Shown piece by piece: positions 25,301-39,692 of a stretch of DNA of 64,000 bases. The stretch's first letter is position 1. Every line of letters starts with the position of its first letter. The stretch covers positions 1 to 64,000 of the forward strand of contig JAUCBJ010000859.1 of the NCBI GenBank assembly GCA_032718475.1, written 5' to 3'. This stretch comes from Nemertoderma westbladi (lineage: Eukaryota; Animalia; Xenacoelomorpha). The notes beneath the pieces were generated by a model. It searched no databases. It was given only the letters and a program-made list of their open reading frames with translations, and had not been told where the DNA came from. The translations under genes were made by a program, and so were the position numbers.

Positions 25301-28300
25301 GTAAGTTGTAATTTATTTATAAACTTATAAATCTAACTGTAAGCAGGCGTCTAGTGCAGACACCAATAAAAAATGGTACATCCTGCACTTGGTGCAGATG
25401 CAGACCACAGTACAAAAAGAGAAAACACTAAATTCTACATATACTAACTGGCAAGGTAAATTATATAGTTTGAAAATTTACAATACATTTGCAGTTGATC
25501 CGACTCAATTATTATTATTGAATTGGATGTCCAGGATTTGTAAGTCACATAGAAAAATTTGGAAACTTAATTTACTTAACTTAACTTATTTAGAGCAGCG
25601 GTAGAACCATTACCATTACTTCTATATGGGAGTCAATGCTGTGCTCTTAGCTTAGCTCTTGCTCAGAGGATACAAAATCTCTGCATGGAATTTATACAAG
25701 AATTCCACATCAGTTTCTCTATGACAAGTGTTGAACTATGTACGTCTCTGCCAATCATACACGCTCCTTTCTCTGTCGAAATTCCAACAGATCTAATCGT
25801 TGACGAGCTAAACAGACGAGCTAATCGTTCTAATTTATAAGTCAAACAGAAATAACCAAAACAATAAATCTGATTGGCTTCCAAAGCTACTTAACATGAG
25901 TGCGGATGTCTTAGCACTCAGCGTTCACTTTCCACAGAGAAATACAGGTAGTTTGCTGGGCGGAACAATGTCGAATGTGAGAATATTTTAATATGCAAAA
26001 GGTGTGATATTAATTTCCCTAATGTCGAAACCTGTCCTTGGGCTGATTGAATTCAGCGATTTTTACTACTGTGCTACCCTAGCTACCGCTGTAAACTGCT
26101 GACCCGCTACTTTCAAATAACCGCCTAACGTCGAATATTGTAAGGTATTTCTAAACGTAATTTACCCAACTATTCTCCGCTATGCAGCGTACAAACTCTT
26201 AATTTTATTCTAAGTGCTAAAGTGCCTCAAATACACAGAATTGCATACTAATTACTAAGTATTCCAGAATGCGTATTACTAATTAATTACGCTACTGAGT
26301 TATTCTAGCAACAGCCTAAATTCTGTATTATTGACCTAAAATCAATTAACAAGCATAAATTAGAAATAGAAACAATCAAGAAAATAGCGCCTATCTAAAC
26401 ATCACAATCGATAATCAGGCACTTTCTAAACAACACAAGATAAAGCAGCGTTAGCAACAGTAATCCGCCAATAACCTTACAGTGTTAGTGGCGGTTGTCA
26501 AACTGGAGTAGCATTAGTGTAGCACTAGTGTAAGAAGCCAAGGACACCCAAACTAAATGCGGTCTTCCTAGCTAAACCCACTAAATAGCGCTACAGCCCA
26601 ACAACACTGAGACGAAATCTTGTTCGCCAGCCCCCTAAAGCCGTATTGACGACCGGTCCCCGGTCCTCTACTTTATTTGATTCGCCCGACCACAACTACT
26701 GGCCCACGCCAGCGTTGCCACACATTGGATCCTCCACCTCTCCTTCCATCGCTTCCAACAGTGCGCCCGCGACGCCTACCGGTACCCTTAGCCCGACATC
26801 CTAAAGTGAGTAATTACCGTATAGGCACAAGCATAACAAACAGTCTGACAGTCGAAAATAAATCTTTATTAGGATTGCTACATTGCAAAGATTAAAGAAA
26901 ATCAAGAGTCAGTTTAAGCAGTCATCATTATTCAAAGTCATAAATCATGTAACAGTAACAGCAGAAATCACCAATTTTTACAATCAATGGAAGTACAAAA
27001 TCACAAGAAGAATTAATAATTCACAACAACAAAACTGTAAGAATGACGCAATATTTTAACCATTGGTCGAACAAAATCCTACTGCTATTAAACCAACCTA
27101 AATAGCTAAACCAATGAGAGAGCCGGATTATGGCTCTCGCCTCTCGAAATCCCTAAACCATTACCATATATGGTAATAAATCTGTCTCGGTGGGCTTATA
27201 GGTCCATCGCCGTAATATTAATTTGGCGATTATTAAAGCTCAATTTTGACGTTAATTTAGTATAACATTGATTTATAGAGAAATACAAATGAAATTAATA
27301 CAAACACACATCAGATTCAAACAATATCAAGAAACGGCAAATTCATATTTTTGTTTTATAAAAGTTTGCCACTGTAAATTAATATGCTAAGGTTTTATTA
27401 TAAAAATTACGTAGGTAGGGCTACATACTGTATAAAATCGGTTGAATATAATGAACTTGTATATTTTATTTTCCCTATCTAATTACGGCTGTACATCAAT
27501 ACGACTTATCTAAATTATTATATACTGTATGATGAGTTGTTTTAGTACACTACGCCATATATCGTAACAACAAGTATAATGCACATATGTATCTCCAACC
27601 CGACACGATAAATCATTGAATGTGTAGCACTATTAGTCTCAACAAGCTGCATTGCTTCACTCGAACAGGGAGAGCAGCCTCCGCTTTAAAGGTACACAAT
27701 CTTGTACTTCCAGCCTCATGGAGAGAATAGGCTATGTTGACAACCCACACCTCTCGGACATAATTCTTTGTTTCGGATCTCAGAAATGAATTCAGCATAC
27801 ACGAAAACCTAAATATATATTTTTTGGACGGCCTAATCTGTGGTACTGTAGAAATTTTTCAAAAAATTTGACTACTTGTAATTTCGAGGTGCACCGTATC
27901 CCGGTAGGAGGCCCTAATCAAATCCCCCCCCCCCCCCCCCCCCCCTTCCGAGTTTAATAGCGTTAAGGGGAGGGGTACACCATTTTGGTCGAAAATATGT
28001 CAAAATTTTGTTATGGTTATACTGCACCATTGAATGGTGTTTCCAAATCTGAAAACCGCTATTTAATAGCTCTTTTAGTTTTCAAGTTATATAAATTTCC
28101 ATTTAGGGAATCCTATTGAAATTACTATTACTATTATGTATAATGAAAGGTTGATTGATTATCTCCAAATATTTTTTTTATGAAATTGTCAACTTCAAAA
28201 CCCTACTACTTCTACAATTTTTGAGTAATTAGTCTGAAACTTTCTGTGGGTGTCTAGATAGCCACCCTGCATAAAAGTATCAGACAACTTTTCGAAACTT

Positions 28301-28694
28301 TTTGTTAATAAAATTTAATACTATTTATAACAAACCTAAAAATTAGCATAAATTTTCATGCGCCACCTAGCGGTGCAGAAATATTTTAACAAAATTTCGC
28401 CTGATAGTTATGTTGCCCCATCTTTGATCTATAATATAAAAAACATTTAATGTGATTAGGTTCAAAACTGTAAAAGCCTTAGGGTTTTAAGCGCAACCAA
28501 GTTTATTTTATTGTTAACTAGTATTAACTAATATTAAGTATCGAAAAATTTTTTTTTCTGACCTGTCAGGTAGAATAGCATCTTAGGCACCTATATGCCA
28601 AATTTTAGCCAAAACCAAACAATTTTGAAACGCTGAGAGTGATAAATCGAAGAGTTGTCCGAAAATGGTGTACCCCCCACCCCCCCCCCCCCCC

Positions 28695-29802
28695 TGTTCG
28701 CGCTTTTAGACCTTTAGCAGTTTAACCTGCTAATTTTAGTTGTCTTCTTGTTTATAAATCGACTTTAACCTAGACCAATTATTTAATGTACTGAAGTTAC
28801 ATCCGCCGAAGCCAGTCTGTGCGCGATCTTTCACCCACAGTTAAGGGAGACTGGATTCGGGTGCTTTGAAGTTATTGCGGTGCAGACCTACTGTATCATT
28901 CGATTGATCGTTACTATATAATCTCTGACAAATATATTTACTTTCGGGGAAATATTAACAGTTCCTTTAGGACGTGGCGCTTTAAGTATAAAAACAGAGT
29001 TATGACTTATACTAATCACAACTAGATGGCTACTGAGTTTCGTAAATAGCGCATTCTTTAGGAGATGCTTTATTATCAATCACACTACTTCACACGACTT
29101 CACACTACTTCACACTGATCTGCCGACCGTCACTGAATTTGATCATATATAAGGAAGATCGCAACTGACACTTGTAGGGATTATGAAATAGCATTTAATT
29201 CACACAAAAACCACTATAATGTAAGTCGCAGTTGCTACCGGTAACCTGTTCCTCTCACCTTCAGTAATCAAGAAAATTGGGGGTTTTATGATTATTCATC
29301 GGTATTCTCCAAATATATCAGCAATATACATCAACAAATAACAACAATTAATAACAGAAGTAAATTAATGCGGTGAACAATCATCATGTGTTACGTAAGT
29401 CAGTCGTGCACAGTACTTATGTGTTATGAGCAGATAATAGATTTACGTTCTTGTAATCAAAGCCATCAGATGTTTAGGCCAAAGTCTGAAACTTCCAAAA
29501 TCAGAAGTACAGAAGATTTCCAAGCAGTTCTCTCGCTCAGAAAGGTAAACAAAGACCGTAATGCATTGCGCGGTTTTCCATAGGCCCCTGTTCAACATAA
29601 AATGAAAATCGCTCTGATTGGCTGACTAGGACAAAGAGGTTCCACGTTTACAGGAAACCAGCTGACAGATTTCGTCATCTGAGCTCCAATCTTTTAGAGT
29701 ATTATGCGCATTGCGGCAAAAATGACTTGTTATGTCCGCTAAAGCACCTACACTGTGCATTGCAGGGAAAAATGACTTGTTATGTCCACAAAAGCTTTTA
29801 CA
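28695..29802 (-). repeat. BEL/Pao 3' LTR
   Basis: Direct repeat of 41439-42546. Confidence 0.97.
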
Positions 29803-29879
29803 CCGCTCCCAGAAAATGGGATTTAATTCTATAAAATATAAAAATCACAGTTTCTAAAATATAAAAATACTCTAAACAG

Positions 29880-32081
29880 TTAGTCCTTCTTACGTGAACG
29901 GCGTTTACGAAGTTTTTTGAGGCTAGCAAGAGTCCTTTTCTCTTTGGGGCGAGCCACTTTACTAGGAGGGCTATAACTCCTGGGTGAAGGGTGCAATACA
30001 ATTGCATCGGAAGGTTTAGGGTTACGGTCGGTGTATCCGCCGGTCGAGGTACCCGGTTGATCGATATCAACCTCAGTGGAACGAGGTCGAACAACCTTCA
30101 GAGTGCGTTTCAAGACAGCAGCTCTTACTGGTCCCTAACGAGTCGTCAGCACGAGAGTGGTAGGCAGACCGTGAATAGTGAGAAATTTCCTCGGTTTGAT
30201 GGTTTTTCTAACTCGCGTTCTCGGGCTCTATATTCATAGGGTTGTCTATGAACTTCTTGTAGCTCTGGATACGAGTTTATGAACAAGTCACCGCGTGATT
30301 TATCAATGGTAGAAACTTTAAACTGTATGTAGGATCTTCCAGTTTCACCATATAATATTGAGTTAAATTGACATAATAAGGGTGGTCTTTGCTCCCATAA
30401 AATGAGTTAGGTAAAGGTCTAGCGCGTAGGTTGACCTCGTGTACCATACGACGGACAAGATCCACTCGATTGTCCGGAGGTTCAACGAGTATACCGTCGA
30501 CACGAGCGGCCACGATTGGCGGACGTTGTAACATAGAAGCATCAGCGATAAGATCTCTAGATCTTAGGTTGATATCAACCGGTTGGGGTTGTACCGTGGT
30601 GAAGAGTTTGTCTCCGAAATGGGGAACCATTGAAGGATGAATAATGGTTTGGAATAGAGATCAGTCATAAGGATTTGAGCTTCTAGCTGGGCTAAAGCTG
30701 CTTCTTCTCTCTCATCCATTTCGATATGCTTCTCCTCGAGCTGATTTTCCTCCGCTTGTCGTTGGAAGCGTTCGTCCAAAAACTCTTGCAGAGAGTAAGT
30801 TCGTCCAAGTTCGATGTCTTCCTCGAGATCCTGAATTTCTCGATCGAACTGAGGTAAAGCTAATTATTTTACCGCTTGGACTTGCTGCTGCAATTTACGT
30901 TAATCTAAACAATCGTAAGTTCCTTTTCCGATCTTTTGCCGAATAGCATCTAACGCATTTCGTACAATGCCTTCCTCAACTTCGGTGACGGGTTGTATCA
31001 GGGTTAAACCGGGACGATTATACGGGTTAAACGGCGATATTAAATGTCCGCATCCCAATCCGGCTAGGTAGGATGGGCGAATATCTAGAGAGCCCACTAC
31101 CGGAGTGCCACCGATTAATTGTTCGGGTAACACTAGATCTTTGAACAGTGAGTACAGTTCGGGAGGATCCGTGATACTATTAGGATCAAGAGGCTGAGGT
31201 CTCACTAGGTAATGAGGAGGTCGGACCGAGTATTCCGGAACTCTGATCATCGGTTTATTTAAGGATCGTTTGAGCCGAGCGAGCGTAGGTGATACATCGA
31301 ACAAGTTTCGCTCGAAACTCCCGTAAGTATAGCAAGTAAAACTGTGTTTAGCGCAACGTCTCCGCGGATGTTTATGTCTTTCCATTTGTTGGTTGGGTCT
31401 AGGGCATTCATCGCAATAATACCAAAGACGCACGTCTTGTAGGGGAAATGCGGGTGATCTTTCTCCAGTTTTACAATATTCCTCCATCTGTTCGAAGCTA
31501 TCCGGTACAACAGGTAGAGGTCGATCGGCGGTAAGATACATCATAGTGAAATAGAGTCGTTTGAGTTCCATCATAGGGTCAGGATGTATACCTTGAGGAT
31601 ATCGAGTTTCTAGGTTTTGTTGACTGGCTACATTGAGATATGTTTCTCTCAAGAATTCCAAATAGTCGTTGAAGTCACTACGTTTATCCGGCTCTTCAAC
31701 ATCTTCTCTTTCGAGTCGGTTTCGAATAGAATTTTCGTGTTCTATTCTCAGTTTATCGTTCCGACTCCGCTGGGTATGATATTTAAAGAGGATCATTTCC
31801 CTTTCAGTGTCTACATCGTCCGTATCGTGTAAATCGATAGGGTGACCAGTAGTTAAGAAGTCCATATACGTACCATTACGATGCGTATAGCGAGCGGTGA
31901 ATTTTCTATAGTCCAATTCACGCGTGAGTTGTTCCTTTGACATTGGCGGTTCGATATAACGGCCATCGCCCTCCGTAGTAGGTTGACTAGCGTCGCCGCG
32001 TATTAAACTATCAACAAACGCTTGCAATGGTAGGGTATATCGCTCCCTGATACCAAGATCATCTTCAATCAACTCAGTCAT
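29880..32081 (-). pseudogene. Extra ORF of unknown function in the env position (393-aa open part; about 700 aa if reconstructed)
   Basis: 30900-32081 reads through two TAA stops in frame into 30564-30779; frameshifted segments 30277-30630 and 29880-30113 follow. Cys/His cluster and a K/R-rich C-terminus. Confidence 0.65.
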
Positions 32082-32902
32082 AGCTGCTATATGAGTTTAT
32101 CGATATTATAATTAATTGTAATTAAGCTAGCGGTCGTCGCTGCCTCCCCCTCAATGCCCCCGGACAGCGCAAGATCCTCAGCGCTGATGTACTGTCGTCG
32201 CTGTGCCTCTCGCCAACGTAGTAGCTACACAACGACAACAATAACCAGCGCGAGTCACTCCACTGTCCGTCCCAAGGGCTTAGAATTACGTCAGGTTCTT
32301 GCTACAGAGGTAGGGCAACTTTCACAACTGCGACTCACTACTGTAAACACACTTTAGTAGTAACATTCACCTATAAACGCACAAATTCCACACAACTGTC
32401 ACAAATTGTACACATTCGGGCCATTTGTCCGTTAGTCAAGTGCCTTCCAGAATGCCACGTTATTATTATGTATCCCTGGATACTAGCAGTGTGCCATTTA
32501 TTCCGTATGCTATTCAATGGGGCAAGCTTTCTATTGTTCTTTAACTCGCTTCTAATTCTAGCGTGGTTGTTGCTATGGTGACATTATGGAAAGCTAGCAG
32601 TAGAATTAGGGTAATGCTCATGCATACAGATCTGGGATGCTATTTAATAGTAATTCTTTAGTTGTCAATATTCCCCTTTATATATGATTTTATGAATTTT
32701 ATCGGCTATTGACTATATGTTGGAGATTCTCGCACACTAATATAATTAATAGGGTGAATCTCCGCTCCCATGATCTATTAATTAATGGAATTTTGGGAAT
32801 GTTATAAATTGTATAAAATGACAATTTATCAAATTCATGAGAGGATATGAATTTAAATTTATTCCCGTAAATTTTATTATTTAATATTAAAATAGACACA
32901 AT

Positions 32903-33285
32903 TTTATTCCAGAACATGTCTGGGGACTAGGATCCTTAATTCTAGGAAATTTGTCCTTTTAAGAGTATCGGTAAGTGCTACGATATCTTAATCGACTAGA
33001 ATTTTAAAGGATCTGAATTTTAACAGATTTTGGATTTCTAGATTTTCTTAGTTTACAAACTCCTTAGAATTTATTTGTCTGCATTTACTCTATTATAACA
33101 TTTGTTTTAATAGATTTTGGTAAATATTAATTAGTTAATATTTAAGATGGGCACCGATTTATTCCAGAACTTGTCTGGGGACGTTAACCACTGATTCTAG
33201 AATTTTGTCTTTCAAGTATATCGGTGGGTGCTGCGATATCTTAATCGACTAGAATTACAGATGGTCAAAGGATTTAACAGATTTA
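32903..33285. repeat. Imperfect ~125-bp direct repeat pair between pol and the extra ORF
   Basis: TTATTCCAGAAC.TGTCTGGGGAC...CGATATCTTAATCGACTAGAATT...TTTAACAGATTT at ~32904 and ~33159. Confidence 0.8.
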
Positions 33286-33546
33286 TTTTGCGTTTTACGC
33301 TACTGTTAAAGGGACATCACGATACTATATGTATTATTTAATATATGGCATGAGAGCAATATTGCAAGAAGCAATGTCAGTGAGAAGAGGCAAGTCGTTT
33401 CCAAGGTCTACCCAGAGCTTGGTTAAGCCGAGACACGAGGATCTGAACTTTGCATTCCTAATACTCTACTTACCAATAATACCAATAATACCAATAATAC
33501 TAATAATACAGTGAAATGCAGTCTTCACGCTCCTTATTAATGTCTC

Positions 33547-36500
33547 CTAACTTCTTCCCCACCAAGGGGCGTCGGCGGCGTTGAAGGTCCAGCTACATGC
33601 TGTTACCCTTAGCTGATCGTCCACCTGTCTTTGGTTCCAATCTTTAACGTAAGCTTTGATCTCATTATTGGCGCCAATGAAGTTCGTTCCCTTATCAGAT
33701 CTCATTGTGTTGCTAGTTCCAAAGCGAGCGATCTGTCGGCGTAAACTCAGTATGGAGCTGTTGGTAGATAGATCGTTCACCATATCTAGATGGATCGCTC
33801 TACAAGTCATACAGACAAAGATGACACACCATCGCTTGACTATAGTCCTAGCATGATATACTTCAATAGGGCCAAATAAATCCACACCGGTATTAGTAAA
33901 GGGTGGTTCATAGAAGCTTACTCTGTCCCTAGGTAATTCTGCCTCTCGCTGTGTTAAAGGCCTACTGAATGCTTTCCTACAGGGTATACAGTTCCTAAGA
34001 ACTTGGTTCAGAGCTCTACGGGGTTTATGGAAATAATAGCGAGTTCGAATTTCGCTCAGAACACGTTCTCTACCAGCATGGTAAAGCCTACTGTGAACAT
34101 CTACAATCATCTTGATTTGTATTTCAAGATTTCTAATGAGTATGGGAAATTTAGTGTCAAAGGACAATGGAGCATTAGTTAGTCTCCCTCCAACACGTAT
34201 TAACCCATCTATCATTGTGCTAGAGAAATGATCCCTTAAGCGCATCTGTGGATTTCTCAACAACAAGAAATACTTATCGGAATCTTCATAGCATTGCAGG
34301 AGTCTCAGTATCTGCTTATTGGTTTCTTCATGCTCCTGGTAACTGATCTTCTCCATCAGAAACCTATCTGACACTTTGTATTTGGGAAGATCTTTAATAG
34401 CATGGACCTGCTCGGATGTCAGTGGAGCGGTATCACTAGCGATCTTCGTCCTGGAGTAGTGATGATGGAAGCATCGCTTCAAATACACGACAGCCTTACA
34501 AAGCCGATTCCAGGAGCTATAGTGATTTATCGCTCTCTGCAGGAGAGGTGAGAGTCCCTGCGAGACGTCTGGTGTTCCAGATTTCCAGTCTATTTCTCTG
34601 ATTTCTTCAACAGATTTATTTGCGGCGGGGGAGTTTAGATCCACAGTGTCGTCCCCGGAGATGTGTAGTACAGACAGATCTATCACTGGTTTAAATAACT
34701 TTGATTTACTCGTCCGGGTTTTAGGTTTGACTTTCTCCGCTCCCTTGGCTTGTCTAATCTCAGCTGTGGTGAGATGAGGAGGCCATTCATCCTCTTCTTT
34801 ACTTAGGAAGTCGGGTCCACCTAACCAGTCTGGAGTATCTATCAGTTCTTGAGGAGTTGCTCCTCTGGAGGCGATGTCGGCTGGATTAATCGTCCCAGGG
34901 CAATGTCTCCATTGATCTACATTAGAGCGACTAAGTATAATGGCTACTCTGTTGGTAATGAAGACGCTGAACTGACAGACTTCATTGGTTATATACTCCA
35001 AAACAAGTAAAGCATCGGTCCAATAGACAGTTTTCTCCAGTGGATAGTCGATCTGTTCAGTAACATTCCGGCCGATGGCTGTAGCGTATAGAGCCGCCTT
35101 TAACTCCGCTCGAGGAACTCGTAGTTTGTTGTTTATCAAGGCCTTAGAGGTGACCAAGGCAACTTTAATTTCATCCGGAGTTTCAACCCTCAGGTAGGAA
35201 TACGTGGGGAGAACGTGACCAAAATATGAACGGGAAATCGTAAAGTTCTCGATGGAAGGTAGAGAATCTTCCCATTTCATCCACTTCATTAGTAGTTCTC
35301 CCTTAAGTGGATCATCCCACGAGTGGTTTTCAAGCCACATTTGTTGCACTAAGCTCCGAGCAATCAATATAACTGGGCTAATAAATCCCAATGGATCGAA
35401 ATAAGTGCTCAGGATACTTAGACAAATCCATTTAGTTCTAACTGGATTATCTCGCTGTTTTAACTGGAAAAACAGGATATCTCTCTCCGTGTCCCATTTC
35501 AAACCAAGCGTCTTGGTTTCCGGAAGATCGTCCTTGATAAGGTCCAGATCTTTAACACCTCAGTCTTCTACCGGGATCGATTCCAGAAACTCATGGGAGT
35601 TCCTAGTGAATTTGGTTAGTCGAAATCCACCGCGTCGCAAACACTCTACCGTTCCCTTGGCAACATCAATGGCTTCTTCAACCGATGGGAGGGACTTTAA
35701 ATTGTCGTCCATGTATATATCCCGTTTAATGTTGTCGATAACCGCTTTAGAGAAGGCATCTCAGTTGTCATCAGCAGTGGTACGCACTACTGAACAAGCG
35801 TTCGAGGGGCTCAAGATGATCCCGAAAGCCTGGATGGTCATCCAGTACTCCACCGGTTTTAGGTTGAGATCTCCTTCAGGCCACCACAGAAATTGTAGGC
35901 TGTCTCGATCCCTATCCAGCGCCTTGACTTGTAAGAACATGCCTTCTATATCCGAAGCGAAAGCGATAGAATATTGCCGTAATCTTAATAGTATTCCCAA
36001 CAAGGATTGGAGTAAGTTGGGTCCCGGCAACAATTCGGAGTTCAGGGATTGGCCCATGTAAAGGGCGGAGCCGTCGAACACTACCCAGACTTCATTGGGT
36101 TTACCGGGTTTGGGAACGTAATGATGTGTTAGATAATACATTCTCTTTGTGGTGGGTGTTTCTTCCGGTACTCGCTCCGCGTATCCCCTATTGATGAATT
36201 TCTTCAGCTGGGTCTTATACATTTCCCTGGCTGAGACATTGGCCATAAGACGCTGAAGTAGTTGCGCGATTCTCTTCTCCGCTAAGGGTCGGTTATTTAT
36301 AAAGTTGGGCTCTCGCCGTCGGAACGGAAGACCAATCTCATAGCGACCTTGATCTTTAAGAAAACGGGTAGTCGTTTCCTGAATCTGCTTGGCTCTCTCT
36401 TCCTCAACGGACATGGCCTTGTCATAGGAATTAGGCTCTACGGCTTCTTGAGTAAAGAATCGTACGGCGTGTTCATCGCGAATCTTATTGTTGTATCGAT

Positions 36501-37389
36501 CTATCACCTCGTTCAATTCGTCGTTGTAGTCGAATTGTCCGCCATGATTGATGAGATGGCACAGGTTTACTTGGTTTCGCCAAGTTTAATTTTCGGTGAG
36601 GAGGTCTATTGTATTTTCCTCGTCGAATAATTGATTAATATCGTCATTATCTGAGGAGTATGGTGTTCCCTCAGTTGTGGTTTCTCCCTCACTAATTTTT
36701 TCTTCCCATTCACTCACTTGATGTATCCTCTCTTGAGGAAGTCTTTCCATCAGCGTCCTACGGGAAGGTCCAGTGAAGTACCAACCTACACTCGTTCTTC
36801 CCGCATACGTTTGTAATGGTTGCGGTCGAGCAGGCCGTTTTTCTAATGTATCTAGCGCCTCATGCGCATTTTGGCCGATCAATATCTGTACCCCTGGGTA
36901 GTCGGTGTTGAATCTAGGGATATCATGCTGCTGGGTGAAATGATCTTCATCCCAGTTATAAGGTTCCACTTGGCTGGTAGCAAAGTTCTTTATTGCCACC
37001 ATTTTTACTGACCTTATACTATGTTCTCCTAGTTCATCCTGGGGAGTGGACGACGAGCCTACATAATAATCTGTAGCTACTGTGGATTTCCAAACCTGCA
37101 TAATTCCTGAAAGGTTCAACTTAGTTCGGAACTTGGGTTGTCCAGCAAAGATATCTTCGGCTAGTTCTTTGTCGATGAATGTACCTGTGCTGCCGGAGTC
37201 AAGGAGGGCGTTTACTATTAAACTTTTCCCTAATCCATGGACTCTTAGCTGCACTACAGGGAATTCCAGAATTCCGATGTTGGAAGTTGGCGCTTTCCAA
37301 GATGGTTGTCGGTCCGGAATAGTCGGTTGCGCTTCGTTATCGGTTTCAGTCTCATATGTAAGCGCTCGATATACTGCGGTGTTTATCAT
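33547..37389 (-). pseudogene. pol: BEL/Pao pol: protease, RT, RNase H (peptidase A17-like region) and integrase (C-terminus truncated)
   Basis: LLDSGSTGTFI, VVFDGSA, SLNSELLPGPNL, DIEGMFLQV, YMDDN, FDPLG, NPADIASRG, H..H..C..C, GVDLFGP, SDKGTNF, APWWG. Several stops/frameshifts. Confidence 0.93.
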
Positions 37390-38635
37390 ATAACAGGAGA
37401 CAGGATAACAGGAGATAACATGTAGAATCCTTCCATCTCAGAGCTGTGGTCAGTGTCGTTCACATCACTGAATTGGACATGTAGTTCGGGCTCACTTACC
37501 TGACTCGTGCGGGTTCTTTCAAATTCTGTGTGCAGCAAGATATGATGTTTCGCGCCGCACTTAGCGCACCTCGTGTCGGAGTAACAGGTCCGCCGGTGGT
37601 GTCCTTGTCTGAGACAATTATAACACAAACCACTTATTCCACATGACATCACGTCTATCCTTTAGGGATTTCTTCAAGAATTCATCACATCCACTCAAAC
37701 GATGGGGCCCGTCGCACAATGCACATTTGGGTTTGATGTTACTTACTTTTTACCCTGTGTGGTGTTGTGCACACTTGTTCTTTCCTCGGGCTTTCTTCCA
37801 TGAATTCTCTTAGGAGACGTGGGAGGAGTTGTTGTTACCTGTTCTCTCCTGTCACTGGTTCGAGACTTAGATTTACTTACGTCTTTACGTGTTTTGTTGA
37901 CATAATAAGATCTTTCAGTGTCTTTCCCGCTGTTCTCCTCATGGGAGGTCTGGCTTTCGCCGTCGTCTGTATAACACACTGGCGTTACCTTTCTCCTAGA
38001 AACGGGTCTTCACTCACCTTATTTTCTGGTGTCTTCTCTCGGGACTGCTTTAGGAGCTGTAATCTTACCTCTCCATTTAAGAATGACATGAGATCAGCCA
38101 TGGTAGGGTCTCTTTGTTGCTGGTCCATCATATAGAGAACTCTTTTGTCCAAACGAGTACCTACTCCACCCTTTGGCAAAGTAGATGCTACGGCTCCAAC
38201 AACCATGGAACTCTGATATTCATGAGACTTACCTAACCAATCTAGTTGCCTACAGATCTCCTGAATCTCATCGGAAAACTCTATAATCCCGCTACTAAGG
38301 AACTTTCGGGGCGCTACTAATTTCGCATACAAATACCTAGCTATGTTAGTCCTATTACCATACCTGATGTTTAGTGTATCCCAAACTTGTCTTCATCCAT
38401 CTGGATGTCCAATAAACTTTAACGCCATTAACTTGGGAGGTCCTTCCAAGCACTCGATGAGGAATCTAAGTTTCTCTCCGTCAGATAGTACAGAGTTCTG
38501 TATATTATCTTTATAATATTCATTAAAAGTTAACCATTTCATCTCATCTCCATTGAACTTGACGATCTCTCCCACCTTTACCACTTGACGAGCTTCGGTT
38601 CTAGCCATTTGACGCGTAAAACTTTCTTGGGCCAT
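37386..38635 (-). pseudogene. gag: BEL/Pao gag (DUF1759-like region and triple Cys/His knuckles), disrupted
   Basis: KFNGDEMKWLTF...LSDGEKLRFLIECLEG; CYNCLRQGH...C...CAKCGAKHHILLH. Confidence 0.88.
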
Positions 38636-39692
38636 CGTATTATTTAATATCGAGTTATCGGTATATAAATTTCTCGGATTATTTTATTTTTTGACAATAT
38701 TTGAAATAAATGTTATTATTTCTGGGAAAGGAGTCACTGCACAGAAGCTGAACGCTCTCAGTGGAGTGCTACTTATTGGATTCTACTTTACTAAGTTACT
38801 TATCACTACAAATTACTTACAATTACAGTTTGAGATTACAATCTCTAAATAAACTCTAAAAAGTTACACATACAAATTTTAGGGTAATTTTACAGGAAAT
38901 CTACAAACCAGTCTAACAAGGAGATAGAATTTCTGGTTCTTACAAATGGACAGGATACTACGGTATTTGAAAACAATAAAGCAGTAGTAAGTAAATTGCG
39001 TTGTCCAGATAAGAAAATACCACCGTCTGACGACTTATAGACTTAGCTCTATAAGTACTACGTTATGTACCCGGAGTGTCCTTACCTAGAAGTTAATTAC
39101 CGCAGCCAACCAGAGCTAACGTGCCTATTAACCACTTTACAACACAAATATACTGCCTACACACTAATTACTTTCGGAAAGCACTGTACGCTAAACCCTA
39201 AATTAGGTACAAGTACTTATACAACAAATAACCAGCAGTTAAATATACTTGAACAGCCAAAAGAACCACGGTATCTGCTGGAGTGACCGGAACATAAAAT
39301 CACCAGTCTTTACCTACGCCAAGCAGCCCTGATGTATTACCGGGGTTAATTTAACTATAGCGGTATGTATAACAAGCACAATTACTGTAGGATTAAACTT
39401 GGGGGTTGTAGGTTGCGAATACTCGCATAGACTCTGAATAATAAATATTACGCTACCCGTGCAGACTATACAAACAAAATACAGACCAAATGCTGGCAGA
39501 CTACTGTCAAGCCTAAATAAAATACAGTATATGCAGACTCCGAAATGGTTAGTTAGTAGGCGTCTAACCGAGTAGTACGACTTATTCTTTCGGGGGGATT
39601 TAACTTACAACACTGGATGCCCCCACCTTCCTAACTAGCACTTTATCGGACATACACTCTACACACACTGCAATCGCTTCAGACCTAACAAC

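Noticed and set aside
28888-29583. Short ORFs duplicated at 41632-42327
   Set aside because: They lie within the two LTRs; the identity reflects LTR duplication, not coding constraint.
30900-32081. Env glycoprotein
   Set aside because: No signal peptide, transmembrane anchor or evident fusion-protein features.
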